A DNA stretch of 64,000 nt from Candidatus Poribacteria bacterium (GTDB lineage Bacteria > Poribacteria > WGA-4E > WGA-3G). The translations under genes were made by a program, and so were the position numbers. Position 1 is the first letter of the stretch, and every line of letters begins with the position of its first letter. Location: assembly GCA_964291315.2 (NCBI GenBank), contig OZ219753.1, positions 736,001 through 800,000 of the forward strand, in the 5' to 3' direction. The notes under the pieces are model-generated. The model made no database searches and was not told the DNA's origin. It saw only the letters and a program-made list of their open reading frames with translations. Positions 1-9,668 of the stretch are shown here, one piece after another.

Positions 1-335
1 GATAGTGCTGAAATTGCGGTATTTTCGTTGTCGAAATGCTCGAATAGTTTCATGACTCGGCTCAGGACGATCAGATTTTTTATATTTTGTCCGGCATGGA
101 TGGCAGCGATGCGTCCGTTTTTTCGTGTAGCGGCTGCGCGTGCTTCCATGAGAGTTCCGAGTCCTGAGCTGTCAATCATTTTGACGTTTTTGAAGTCGAT
201 GAGAATTCGTGGTGTATGGGATCCTTCTATTTCTGGTAAGATGATTTCCCGTAGCGCCGATACAGAGTCTCCTACGATCTTTCCAGATGGTTTCACAATT
301 GAGATGCCATTTTGTTGGCGAATTTGTGTTGTCAT
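1..335 (-). CDS. STAS-domain anti-sigma factor antagonist (3' end runs off the window)
   Basis: Manual translation of the minus strand from ATG 335: MTTQIRQQNGISIVKPSGKIVG...ILIDFKNVKMIDSSGLGTLM..., with the DSSGLG phosphoserine motif; GGAG upstream. Not in the ORF track because its stop lies outside the window. Confidence 0.85.
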   Translation of the reverse strand, partial: MTTQIRQQNGISIVKPSGKIVGDSVSALREIILPEIEGSHTPRILIDFKNVKMIDSSGLGTLMEARAAATRKNGRIAAIHAGQNIKNLIVLSRVMKLFEHFDNENTAISAL

Positions 336-519
336 TTTTTGCTCCATTTTTTATTTTAAAACGAGGTGAATGTTAATTGTTTTTTTATTGTATTAAACGT
401 TTAATTTAGGTTTTGGTTTATTCTTGGGTCAGATTTGATTCAGAAAGGTTTGTTTTCTTCAATTAATTTATTTTTCTAGAATTTATAGGGTCGGAGTCGC
501 TATTTGGTCCAAAAATGAT

Positions 520-548
520 TTGACAGAATCGGAACGTTATGCGATAAT
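520..548 (+). promoter_or_regulatory. sigma70-type promoter
   Basis: TTGACA-N17-GATAAT with an extended TG, upstream of the ORF at 627. Confidence 0.6.
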
Positions 549-626
549 AGTATATCTTTTATGATGTATTATGTTTTTAGTTGCGCGTGTTAGGCGCGCT
601 TTTTCTAATGAAAGGGAGTATTAAGA

Positions 627-998
627 GTGGCAGTTAAATTTCATCATGTCCATCTTCGGTGTGAGGATTTGGATAGTGCAGTCAGTTACTATGAAAAGAT
701 GTTTGATGGTAAAGTTGTTGAGACGGTTGATGTTCGGGGGTTGAAAATTGTCCGCATGGACATTGGTGGGGAGCGGATATTTCTTTCTCCGAAGTTAGGT
801 GATATGGAGGTAGAGGCTAGTAGTGGCAATCCGCGTTATGGTGTCTATCAGCTTGCTTTTACGGTAGAGGATCTGGATGCGGCTGTTGCGGATCTTCGAG
901 CGAGAGGTGCGGAGCTTGAAGATTTGAAGCCTGAGGGTCTTATGATGGCGTTTTTCAAGGGTCCTGATAATGTTCAGATTGAACTTATTGAGGCGTAA
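627..998 (+). CDS. VOC/glyoxalase family protein
   Basis: FHHVHL...YYEKMF, QLAFTVEDLD, FFKGPDNVQIELIE motifs; GGGAG RBS. Confidence 0.85.
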   Translation: MAVKFHHVHLRCEDLDSAVSYYEKMFDGKVVETVDVRGLKIVRMDIGGERIFLSPKLGDMEVEASSGNPRYGVYQLAFTVEDLDAAVADLRARGAELEDLKPEGLMMAFFKGPDNVQIELIEA

Positions 999-1022
999 CA
1001 AGAGCTGGGATTCAGCGTGAAA

Positions 1023-2138
1023 ATGAAATATGACCTTCTATTGAAAGGTGGCATTGTCCTTGATGCTGCGCAAGGTTTGCACGCTCGGCGCGATGTTGCG
1101 ATTGCTGATGGCAGTGTTGCGGCGATCGAGTTGGATATTCCGGAGTGTGCGGCGGTAGAGACTGTTTTTGTCAAAGACAGGTATGTTACGCCTGGGCTGA
1201 TAGACATCCATACGCATGTGTATTATGGTGTGACGACTTGGGGTATTAGGGCGGATGCGGTTTGTCCGACGGCTGGTACGACGACGGTAGTGGATGCGGG
1301 TAGCCCGAGTTGGGTGACTTTTCCGGGTTTTCGGGAATTCATCGTTGAGCCGGCGCGTACCAATATTCTCAGTTACATTCACATTTCGGGGATTGGTCTT
1401 GTTTATGGTCCGTTGGGTGAGATGATCGATATGGCTTATGCTGCGCCTGATCGGGTTGCGGAGACGCTGCAAGAGTACCCGGATGTTGCTGTTGGGGTTA
1501 AGGTGCGTCAAGGTAAGATGCAAGTTGGTGAGAATGGTGTTGAGCCGTTGAAGTTGGCTATCCAAGCGGCTGAGGAGGCGGGTGCCCCTGTTATGTGCCA
1601 TATTGGTGCTGGTGTGCCGCTCCCGGAGGTTTTGGGTCTTCTGCGTGCTGGCGATGTGATTACGCACTGTTTTCAGGGTAATGGTGACAGCATCGTTGAT
1701 GCAAAAGGTAGGGTTATCCCTGAAGCGTGGCAGGCGCGTGAAGATGGCATTATTTTTGATGTTGGGCACGGTGCGGGGAGTTTTCGTTATGAAATTGCTC
1801 AGCGTGCGATGGAGCAGGGGTTTATTTCTGATGTGATCAGCACAGATTTGCACACCGGAAACGTCAATGGTCCTGTTTACGATCTGCCGACGACATTGTC
1901 AAAGTTGATGCATTTAGGTTTGCCGCTTGCGGATGTGATAGAGAAAGCGACATTTAGTGCTGCAAAGGCTATTCGGCGGGAGGCAGAACTTGGTCACTTG
2001 AAAGTTGGTGCGGTCGCTGATGTTGCGGTGTTTGATGTTCTTGAGGGGCGGTTTGAATACTTTGATTCACACGGAACAAAGTTCATAGGAAATAAGAAAT
2101 TGAAGACGGAATTAACAATACGTAAGGGGAAAATCTAA
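1023..2138 (+). CDS. amidohydrolase/deacetylase family metallohydrolase (dihydroorotase-like)
   Basis: PGLIDIHTH, GTTTVVDAGS, DVITHC, FDVGHGAGSF, ISTDLH. Confidence 0.85.
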   Translation: MKYDLLLKGGIVLDAAQGLHARRDVAIADGSVAAIELDIPECAAVETVFVKDRYVTPGLIDIHTHVYYGVTTWGIRADAVCPTAGTTTVVDAGSPSWVTFPGFREFIVEPARTNILSYIHISGIGLVYGPLGEMIDMAYAAPDRVAETLQEYPDVAVGVKVRQGKMQVGENGVEPLKLAIQAAEEAGAPVMCHIGAGVPLPEVLGLLRAGDVITHCFQGNGDSIVDAKGRVIPEAWQAREDGIIFDVGHGAGSFRYEIAQRAMEQGFISDVISTDLHTGNVNGPVYDLPTTLSKLMHLGLPLADVIEKATFSAAKAIRREAELGHLKVGAVADVAVFDVLEGRFEYFDSHGTKFIGNKKLKTELTIRKGKI

Positions 2139-2486
2139 GGCTGCCGTATGTTCTGGATCTCTGGTTTCTGATTTTCGCGTGCTGATGGGGTGTCGGTTCT
2201 CGGCATGCGGGTGTCGGTTAGGGCGGTTCTGTGGACTCCGGTCTTTGCAGGTCTACATCAGGCAAAGTCGTCTTAAACGGATATAGCGTGATTTTTCACG
2301 CGCTATCTGCTATACTTTACTACGGAGCTATTTAGTTTTCTGGTAGTTTCCATCCAATTGCCGAGGTAGGTTTAGTCTTGAAATGGAAGGGCTCTATTTC
2401 TTTGATTTTTGCGGTTTGTATGTGGTAAATTATACTATTAACTCAGTAGTGCGAACAGAAAGGATAGCAGGAGCATTCGAGCGCGT

Positions 2487-3557
2487 ATGAGAGATCAACA
2501 AGAACAGTCAAGTGTTAAGCGGCACAGCCAATACGATACTGTTTCCAAGGCGATTATTCACCAAAACCCACAGGACTGGACGGAGTTTGCCCTCGGCAGG
2601 AGAGACGTGGAGGCAATTCGTGTTTTAGAGACCGAGCAGCCGACGGTGAAGTCAAATAGAGCGGATAGTTTCATAGAGGTGCGTGTGGGTGGTGAGCCTG
2701 CGATTGTGCATCTTGAGATCCAGACGCGGGATAGTGGCGCGGTGCCGATGCCGTATCGTATGGCGGGCTACATCGGCAGGGGCATAGAGCAGTTTCAGTT
2801 GCCGATTTACTCACGCGTGATCTACCTGTATCCGCGTGCGGGCCGGCGGGATCCTGGAGCGTATGTTCAATCGTTTCCTGGGTATGAGGTTCGTATCGGC
2901 TACAAGGTGATTCGTCTGTATGATACAGATGGTTCTCGGTTCTTGGATTCGGGTGTGAAGGGTTTGATTCCGTTTACGCCGTTGATGCGTCCGTCGGGTG
3001 ATGCGTCTGGTGTTGCGTGGCTTCGGCGGTGTGTGTCGGTTGCGGAGTCAGTGTATGCGGAGAGTGTGTCAAAGAGTGAGTATCTCACAGATTTAGGCAT
3101 TCTGAGCGGTTTGATATTTGAGTATTCGTCGATTCGTGAGGCGATAATGGAGGCGATCATGCAAGAGTCATCGGTTATTCAACATTTTCTTCAGCAAGGT
3201 ATAGAACGCGGTCTTGAGCAAGGCATAGAGCGGGGTAGAGAGGAGGGCCTTGAGCAAGGCATAGAACGCGGTAGAGAGGAGGGCCTTGAGCAAGGCATAG
3301 AACGCGGTAGAGAGGAGGGCCTTGAACAAGGCATAGAGCGGGGTGCCCGGGATAGTCTGATAGAAGGCATCCTTGAGACCTTAGAACTGCGGTTCAGCGG
3401 CAGCACCTTATCACAGGTTGCGTCTGCTCTGGGGCGTGTTCAGTCTCTGCCGCGTCTCAAGGCGCTTCGCCGTGAGGCACTGCAGACAGCGAGCCTCGGT
3501 GCATTCCAAGAGGCGTTGGAGAGGATCCGAGACAGCAACGGGAACGCCTCGGCTTAA
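2487..3557 (+). CDS. Rpn family recombination-promoting nuclease/putative transposase (PD-(D/E)XK)
   Basis: YDTVSK, RADSFI, VHLEIQT, MPYRM; C-terminal EQGIERG repeats then ILETLELRF. Confidence 0.8.
   Translation: MRDQQEQSSVKRHSQYDTVSKAIIHQNPQDWTEFALGRRDVEAIRVLETEQPTVKSNRADSFIEVRVGGEPAIVHLEIQTRDSGAVPMPYRMAGYIGRGIEQFQLPIYSRVIYLYPRAGRRDPGAYVQSFPGYEVRIGYKVIRLYDTDGSRFLDSGVKGLIPFTPLMRPSGDASGVAWLRRCVSVAESVYAESVSKSEYLTDLGILSGLIFEYSSIREAIMEAIMQESSVIQHFLQQGIERGLEQGIERGREEGLEQGIERGREEGLEQGIERGREEGLEQGIERGARDSLIEGILETLELRFSGSTLSQVASALGRVQSLPRLKALRREALQTASLGAFQEALERIRDSNGNASA
3195..3344 (+). repeat. coding tandem repeat, 36-bp unit (GLEQGIERGREE)
   Basis: Three near-identical 36-bp units plus partial units inside Rpn. 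Confidence 0.9.
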
Positions 3558-3559
3558 TT

Positions 3560-4045
3560 TTGATTCCGTTTACGCCGTTGATGCGTTCCTCGGCAGATGC
3601 GTCGGGCGATGCGTGGCTTCGGCGGTGCGTATCGGTTGCGGAGTCAGTGTATGCGGAGAGTGTGTCAAAGAGTGAATATCTCACAGATTTAGGCATTCTG
3701 AGCGGTTTGATATTTGAGTATTCGTCGATTCGTGAGGCGATAATGGAGGCGATCATGCAAGAGTCATCGGTTATTCAACATTTTCTTCAGCAAGGTATAG
3801 AACGCGGTCTTGAGCAAGGTATAGAGCGGGGTGCCCGGGATAGTCTGATAGAAGGTATCCTTGAGATCTTGGAACTGCGGTTCAGCGCTAGTGCCTTATC
3901 ACAGGTTGTGTCTGCTCTGGGGCGTATTCAGTCTCTGCCGCGTCTCAAGGTGCTTCGCCGTGAGGCAGTGCAGACAGAGAGTCTCGGTGCATTCCAAGAG
4001 GCGTTGGAGAGGAGTCGAGGCAGCAACGCAAACGTCTCGGCTTAA
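3560..4045 (+). CDS. duplicated Rpn C-terminal cassette (probable small protein from ATG 3755)
   Basis: Open frame paralogous to the Rpn C-terminus; GGAGG-N5-ATG at 3745-3757. Confidence 0.6.
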   Translation: MIPFTPLMRSSADASGDAWLRRCVSVAESVYAESVSKSEYLTDLGILSGLIFEYSSIREAIMEAIMQESSVIQHFLQQGIERGLEQGIERGARDSLIEGILEILELRFSASALSQVVSALGRIQSLPRLKVLRREAVQTESLGAFQEALERSRGSNANVSA

Positions 4046-4051
4046 TGCGGA

Positions 4052-4080
4052 TGTAGCAGAGCTTGAGAGTTTCTGCTACA
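4052..4080. repeat. inverted repeat (GTAG REP-like or terminator-like hairpin)
   Basis: TGTAGCAGA...TCTGCTACA immediately after the Rpn cassette. Confidence 0.5.
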
Positions 4081-4181
4081 GATTAGGTTGGGGATAAGAT
4101 CGAGAACGTATCGCAAAAGTCAGGAAGTTACTGGCCAGTGGAATTCCGCGTGCTTTCGCTGTGGGCGTATGTCAAACGGAC

Positions 4182-4583
4182 ATGTTAAATATAAACAGAA
4201 AACTGAGAGGCTGTTATAGACGAATACTCATTTTCTTGTTGGCAGTTGTGGGTGTTTGTTTAATTGTGGGTGTGGTTGTCTACCGTAGGGTTGGCGGCAT
4301 CGAGGGGACTCGTTATTGGATGGCAGAACGTGCGCTCGACGGTGTTGAAAAACATCTGAAGACTCAAAATCGGCCAGACGGTATCTCAGAGGAGCAGATC
4401 GTTATCGTATTTGGTAGGGTCCGGGAGGCGAATCGCCATCGACGGACTAATCTAGGTGAGCTCTATGATGTCCTGAAGTTGTATCAGACTGAGTTCTATA
4501 CAAAAAAGCCATCTACGCCGGAGGTGGAAGTGTTTCTCAAGGAGCTTAGCCAGACAGTTCTCCAGGAGACGCTTAAGGAATGA
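4182..4583 (+). CDS. hypothetical single-pass membrane protein
   Basis: N-terminal hydrophobic helix ILIFLLAVVGVCLIVGVVVY; start uncertain. Confidence 0.6.
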   Translation: MLNINRKLRGCYRRILIFLLAVVGVCLIVGVVVYRRVGGIEGTRYWMAERALDGVEKHLKTQNRPDGISEEQIVIVFGRVREANRHRRTNLGELYDVLKLYQTEFYTKKPSTPEVEVFLKELSQTVLQETLKE

Positions 4584-4594
4584 TGTGTACGGGG

Positions 4595-5677
4595 TTATGC
4601 GCGAAATGTGCCAATCATTTCCCGAATTTCTGCTATATCGGTATCGTTGCTTAGTTTGGGGTTAATAATTTGGGTTAGTGCGGATTGGAATCTGTGTGTG
4701 GTATTGCCCCATGCCTGTATCAACATTTTGCTTTCGGGGGTTTCGGGTTTTGCAACGGATTGAATTATTCGGTGGATGGCTGAGAGATAAAAGAGCAAAT
4801 GATGTGCGTCAACACGGGCTGCGATCTCTGCTGGGGAGCTGCGTTCTCGGTGTGTGCATACCCATTCTGCGTAGGTATTGACGAGTTTTCTGTTTAAGAG
4901 GGAAACGAAGTTTGCGTTTTTTGTTGTTCTGGGCAAAAATGCCCCGATGCTATTGAGAATTTGTACGAGTCGGATTTCCTGCCAATTCCAGCCGATACTG
5001 GCGAAGTCGATGAAAGTGGGGGTTTCGCCTGTGATTACAATATTGCGTGCGTTGTTGTCTAGGCTGCCGAGTGCGGTTGGTGCGAGCTGTAGCCGGATGG
5101 CGAGTGCGTTCCATTTCTCTATGAGGGTTTCTGCCTGTGTAGGTGGCATGTTTTTTTTGCCGAGGTGGGAAAGGTAACCGATAACCTTTATGCCGCGCTC
5201 CAATGAATTTTTCAGGTGCTGGTGTGCGTCAAAACGGAAGATGTAAGGTCGAAGCTGCTCGGTGTGTGTTGCGAAACGGGTTTCGATCTCACACAGTTTT
5301 TGAAGGGTTGTCTGTAGCAGTGATTCGATGTTGACAGGGGGTGTTTCATCAGATTGCGCGATGGCATCAAGCGTCTGCTCTCCGCACCACTGTAACAAGA
5401 GAGCATGAAGTTCCAATGAATGCCAAATGACTTGTGGGACTGGACAGCGGTCCTGGTGTAACATGGACAGTACCTTGGTTTCTATCTGGCATGGCGTGTA
5501 TTTGGATTCGCCGACGGCGGTTTTGATGTCATGCTGTTTGAGTAGGTATTTGTCGGTGCCGATATTGAGTGAACAGACGTTGTGTCGGATTCTTGTTCCG
5601 TGTTGGATCGGTTCGAGGCGGATGGATTTTGGGTCTGTTTTGAAGTGGGCGGCGATTGGTTGAATTAGGTGCTGCAA
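4595..5677 (-). CDS. aminoglycoside phosphotransferase/kinase-like protein
   Basis: YLLK, VPQV, LDNNARNI and FIDFA kinase-like motifs; GGAGG upstream. Confidence 0.65.
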   Translation of the reverse strand: MQHLIQPIAAHFKTDPKSIRLEPIQHGTRIRHNVCSLNIGTDKYLLKQHDIKTAVGESKYTPCQIETKVLSMLHQDRCPVPQVIWHSLELHALLLQWCGEQTLDAIAQSDETPPVNIESLLQTTLQKLCEIETRFATHTEQLRPYIFRFDAHQHLKNSLERGIKVIGYLSHLGKKNMPPTQAETLIEKWNALAIRLQLAPTALGSLDNNARNIVITGETPTFIDFASIGWNWQEIRLVQILNSIGAFLPRTTKNANFVSLLNRKLVNTYAEWVCTHRERSSPAEIAARVDAHHLLFYLSAIHRIIQSVAKPETPESKMLIQAWGNTTHRFQSALTQIINPKLSNDTDIAEIREMIGTFRA

Positions 5678-5942
5678 TGGTATATCCTCCTATTTTCTAG
5701 TATAGCATAGAGCGTGATTGAATTCCAGAATAAATAAATTGAGGGTGTGTCGATGTATTTGTTCTTTCTGTGGAAGGTGCCTCCGGCTGCTGGATACAAT
5801 CAGAAGTTGGCGTTTGAAAAATTTGTCTATAGAGGGCAGCATCGCGGTCAGCGGATGGATAAGGGGTGTCAGTGCTAACAACCGATGATCAAATATTAGG
5901 TTTGACAATAACAAGTCGGTGCTTGCTCTCTAAAAGTTAAAC

Positions 5943-5971
5943 TTGAAATTCAGCAGTTTGTGTGGTAAAAT
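5943..5971 (+). promoter_or_regulatory. sigma70 promoter of the rpsB operon
   Basis: TTGAAA-N17-TAAAAT with extended TG. Confidence 0.6.
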
Positions 5972-6044
5972 ATATGTATTAATTTGTTGAACAGACGTTT
6001 ATATTGAAATTGAAATTTTCGTTTTCTGGAAAGCGTGATAAAAA

Positions 6045-6175
6045 AGGATACGACACGCCTCTTGATTTGCACAGCGGGTTCTCTCATATTGGGAGTCTGA
6101 TGCGAATATGAAGGAGGTGGATGCGGAAACCCTGTAGGAATCTCGGTTACGCCTACAAACCTTAGGAGGTTTTTT
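6045..6175 (+). promoter_or_regulatory. putative rpsB (S2) autoregulatory leader RNA
   Basis: Long structured 5' UTR (ACACGC...CGGGTT...GGATGCGGAAACCC) in the position of known rpsB leaders; not tested against a covariance model. Confidence 0.45.
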
Positions 6176-7081
6176 TTGGCAGTTACAATGAAAGAACTCC
6201 TTGAATGCGGAGTTCACTTTGGGCATCAGACTCGTCGCTGGAATCCGAAGATGGCGGAATACATTTTCGCTGAGCGGAACGGTATTTATATAATTGATTT
6301 GCAAAAAACGTTACGGATGCTTGAGACAGCAGTTGAGTACGTTCAGGAAGTTGCGGGGAAGGGTGGTACTGTTTTATTTGTTGGCACGAAACGTCAATCG
6401 CAAGAGGCTGTTCGCTCGGAGGCGTTGCGTTGTGGCATGTACTACGTGAACCATCGTTGGTTAGGTGGCATGCTGACGAATTTTCAGACGATTCGTCGGA
6501 GTGTCAATCGGCTTGACAAACTTGATGCTGATGAGGCGGGTGGTTTGTTTGAACAGATGCCGAAGAAAGAGGTAATGTCTCTGCGTCGTGAAAAGGGGAA
6601 GCTTGACAACAACCTCAGCGGGATTAGATCGATGAAAAAAATTCCGGACGTATTGGTAGTGACTGATATTCGGAAGGAACACACTGCTATTGCTGAAGCG
6701 AACAAATTGGATGTGCCGATTATAGCGTTGGTTGATACGAATTGCGATCCTGATCCGATTGATCTTCCTGTTCCTGGGAACGATGATGCGATTCGTTCGA
6801 TCAATCTTATTTGTTCTGTTTTGGCGGAGGCGGTGATTGAGGGTCGCGGTGGTGCGTTAGAAGGGGCGGAGGTTGCGGGTGCCGTTGAAAAAGCTGCTGA
6901 GTCGTCGCAAGAGCTGGATGTCATGCTGGACACTGAACGGCGTGAGGTGCAAAGCGAGGCGATTCTTGAGGGTGCCAAGTTATCTGCGGAACCTGAGACG
7001 ATCGGTGAAAACGAGCAGCGTGCGCGTTCTCCGCATCAGGGGAGAAGAGGTAGAAGACCTTCGCGTCAGCGATCTGAATAA
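6176..7081 (+). CDS. rpsB: 30S ribosomal protein S2
   Basis: [41 protein letters not shown]. Confidence 0.98.
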   Translation: MAVTMKELLECGVHFGHQTRRWNPKMAEYIFAERNGIYIIDLQKTLRMLETAVEYVQEVAGKGGTVLFVGTKRQSQEAVRSEALRCGMYYVNHRWLGGMLTNFQTIRRSVNRLDKLDADEAGGLFEQMPKKEVMSLRREKGKLDNNLSGIRSMKKIPDVLVVTDIRKEHTAIAEANKLDVPIIALVDTNCDPDPIDLPVPGNDDAIRSINLICSVLAEAVIEGRGGALEGAEVAGAVEKAAESSQELDVMLDTERREVQSEAILEGAKLSAEPETIGENEQRARSPHQGRRGRRPSRQRSE

Positions 7082-7267
7082 ATGTTGATGCGGGGGCGTT
7101 CTTTTTTGGAAGGGGCCTTAATTGATCATTCCAATATGTATGGGTTCAAGTTAACCTATTTGTGCCTGATGATATGTTTGTTGCCGACATGCTTATTTAC
7201 TACTCAATGTTATGTGTGTTGAGTTGTCGTGAACGATCAGGATTATATTGGTAAAAGAGAGAGATGA

Positions 7268-7987
7268 GTGATTAAGGCAGTTTTCTTTGACTTGGATAAT
7301 ACGCTCTGCGATTCCGATGCAGCATGGTGTATCGCAGAAAGAGAGACGTTTCGGCGTTTCCGCGGGCAGGGCTTTTCGGATATTTCGGAAAAGGCTTGGG
7401 CGAAGGCGTGGGGAACAGTAAATCAGAAACTCCTTCAGCAAGTTGATGCTGGGAAACTCACTATGGCGGAGGCGCGAGATGCGCGTTTTCGTTGTTTATT
7501 CAGAGAAATGGATGTGCCCGGGGGTAAAATTGCATCAGAGCTCAACGACTTTTTGAGTATGCGTTACCTCACGAGTTTACGTCTCTACGATGATGTTTGG
7601 GTTCTTGAGAGGCTGCGTGCATACCATGTCGGTATCATTACAAACGGGGCGCATGATGAACACCCCGACAGTCAACTTTCCAAAGTCCGACACTTGGGTC
7701 TCATCGGACGAGTTCAATCGGTAACAATTTCCGATGAGGTCGGGGTCAGAAAACCGGATATTAAAATTTTCAAAGTGGCGTGTGAACGTGCGGGTGTTTC
7801 CTGCAGAGAGGCGCTGTTTATCGGAGATTCTCTTGAAAAAGATATTTCTGGTGCGAGTGGTGCGGGCATGATAAGCGTTCTTATAGAACGCCAATTAGAG
7901 GCGTTGACACCAGAAATAGGAGAGGGACACCCGGACTACTCAGTCTCTAATCTAGGGGATATTTTGTTCTGTTTGGGGTGTGAGTAG
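7268..7987 (+). CDS. HAD family hydrolase
   Basis: FDLDNTL, ITNG, KPD, IGDSLEKDISGA. Confidence 0.9.
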   Translation: MIKAVFFDLDNTLCDSDAAWCIAERETFRRFRGQGFSDISEKAWAKAWGTVNQKLLQQVDAGKLTMAEARDARFRCLFREMDVPGGKIASELNDFLSMRYLTSLRLYDDVWVLERLRAYHVGIITNGAHDEHPDSQLSKVRHLGLIGRVQSVTISDEVGVRKPDIKIFKVACERAGVSCREALFIGDSLEKDISGASGAGMISVLIERQLEALTPEIGEGHPDYSVSNLGDILFCLGCE

Positions 7988-8023
7988 CATAAACAGATGT
8001 ATTTAAAATAAGAGGAGGGAGTA

Positions 8024-8617
8024 ATGGCAATCACAGCAAAAATGGTTAGTGAACTCCGTTCGCGCACGGGTGCGGGTATTATGGACTGTAAAAAGGCGCT
8101 TGCGGAAACGGATGGGGATATTGATCGAGCGATTCAGAAGCTGCGGGAGCAGGGTTTAAAGGCGTCCGAGGTCAAAGGTGGTAGGGCCACCGAAGAGGGG
8201 TTGATTGTCTCTTATATCCATCCCGGTAGTCGTATCGGTACGTTGGTAGAGCTGAATTGTGAGACGGATTTTGTTGCGCGGACGGAGCAATTCCAGCAAT
8301 TAGGCAAGGAAATTGCGATGCAGGTAGCGGCAGCGAAGCCGAGGTATCTGAGCGAAGCCGAGGTTCCGGTTGAGGATTTGGAGGCTGAAAAAGCGGTTCT
8401 TAAAGCGCAGGCGGAGAAAGAGGGTAAGCCTGAACATATCGCTGATCGGATTGTTGAGGGTCGTATCTCTAAATTTTACTCAGAGACTTGTCTTCTGCAG
8501 CAGCCCTATATTCGCGATACAGACAAAACTGTAGAGACGCTCGTAAAGGACACGATTGCGCAGTTAGGGGAGAATATTGTTGTTAAGCGGTTTGTTCTTT
8601 ACGTGTTGGGTCAGTAA
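8024..8617 (+). CDS. tsf: elongation factor Ts (short form)
   Basis: LRSRTGAGIMDCKKAL, ELNCETDFVAR. Confidence 0.97.
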   Translation: MAITAKMVSELRSRTGAGIMDCKKALAETDGDIDRAIQKLREQGLKASEVKGGRATEEGLIVSYIHPGSRIGTLVELNCETDFVARTEQFQQLGKEIAMQVAAAKPRYLSEAEVPVEDLEAEKAVLKAQAEKEGKPEHIADRIVEGRISKFYSETCLLQQPYIRDTDKTVETLVKDTIAQLGENIVVKRFVLYVLGQ

Positions 8618-8884
8618 AGAGATAGGGTTTGAAGTCGAGCGTATGCGGGTAACCGAGTCCGTGATATTTCGGCTTTCTTGTCTGCGTCTCTTTTGTGTGA
8701 GACCTAACTGCCCGTTGAGGTATATCTGAAAATTGATTGACTGGATTTGAGGTGGCTTGAAACGGGGAATCAATTTCCATCGGTAGAGAGCGGCTTCGGA
8801 ATTACGAAATATGGACGGTTGGTTTTTAGGCTGGTTGTCCACGACGCCTTTTGGAGCGTCGCAAACGTTTATAGGGAAATTCAG

Positions 8885-9472
8885 ATGCAAGAGATCATTC
8901 AACAGACCGAGTCCCGGATGAAGAAGACTGTAGAGGCAACGGCGGCGAAGTTGGCGCATGTGCAGACGGGTCGAGCAACGCCGGCGTTGTTGGATCAAGT
9001 GACTGTTAATTACTACGGTAGTAAGAACCCGCTTAGCCAGGTGGGTACAATTACGACTCCTGAGCCTCGTCTGCTGGTTATCCAACCGTGGGATAAGACG
9101 CTCATCACAGAAATTGAAAAGGCGATAGCGCATTCGGATTTAGGTTTTTCAACGAACAACGATGGCAGCGTAATCCGGATTCAAGTGCCTGAGCTCACTT
9201 TGGAGCGTCGGACTGAATTAACAAAGGTGGTTCGCAAATTGGCGGAAGAGGGCAAAGTAGCTATACGGAACATTCGTCGTGATGCTAACGATGCCGTCAA
9301 AAAGCTAGAGGGTGGTGATTCTTCTGGTGGCGGTGGTAAGAGCCGTGCGCGCGGTGGTGATAAAAAGCGTGGGAAGTCGAGTTCTGATCCGATTCAACAG
9401 CTGACTGATACTTACATTGATCGGATTGATGAATTGGTTGGTGCTAAGGAATCGGAGTTGCTAGAGACTTAG
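8885..9472 (+). CDS. frr: ribosome recycling factor
   Basis: TGRATPALLD, IQPWDK, AEEGKVAIRNIRRDAN; start at ATG 8885. Confidence 0.95.
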   Translation: MQEIIQQTESRMKKTVEATAAKLAHVQTGRATPALLDQVTVNYYGSKNPLSQVGTITTPEPRLLVIQPWDKTLITEIEKAIAHSDLGFSTNNDGSVIRIQVPELTLERRTELTKVVRKLAEEGKVAIRNIRRDANDAVKKLEGGDSSGGGGKSRARGGDKKRGKSSSDPIQQLTDTYIDRIDELVGAKESELLET

Positions 9473-9668
9473 GCGTTAATTGTGCGGTTTGGATGGATTT
9501 TTGTATGTAGTCGCGAATTCCGGCGGCTTGTGATGTTGACAAATGACGTTGTATTAGAAAGTCCCTCCTACGATTCCAGGATTGTTGTTGATATTTATTT
9601 GTGGACCGAGCGCGAATATGCCTGCCGCATCTGGCTATCCGAACTGATTTGAGGAAGGAACAGAAACT

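Larger units (their letters stand above)
2963..4046 (+). repeat. tandem duplication of the Rpn 3' half (2963-3558 and 3559-4046)
   Basis: Both units start tttgattccgtttacgccg and end ctcggcttaat; the second is shorter by 108 bp (3 x 36). Confidence 0.9.

Noticed and set aside
28-369. Plus-strand 113-aa ORF
   Set aside because: Antisense shadow of the STAS gene on the minus strand.
3195-3344. 36-bp periodic repeats as CRISPR
   Set aside because: No unique spacers; they encode the EQGIERG repeats typical of Rpn proteins.
8618-8884. pyrH remnant or N-terminal extension of RRF
   Set aside because: No recognisable PyrH motifs; RRF homology starts at ATG 8885.
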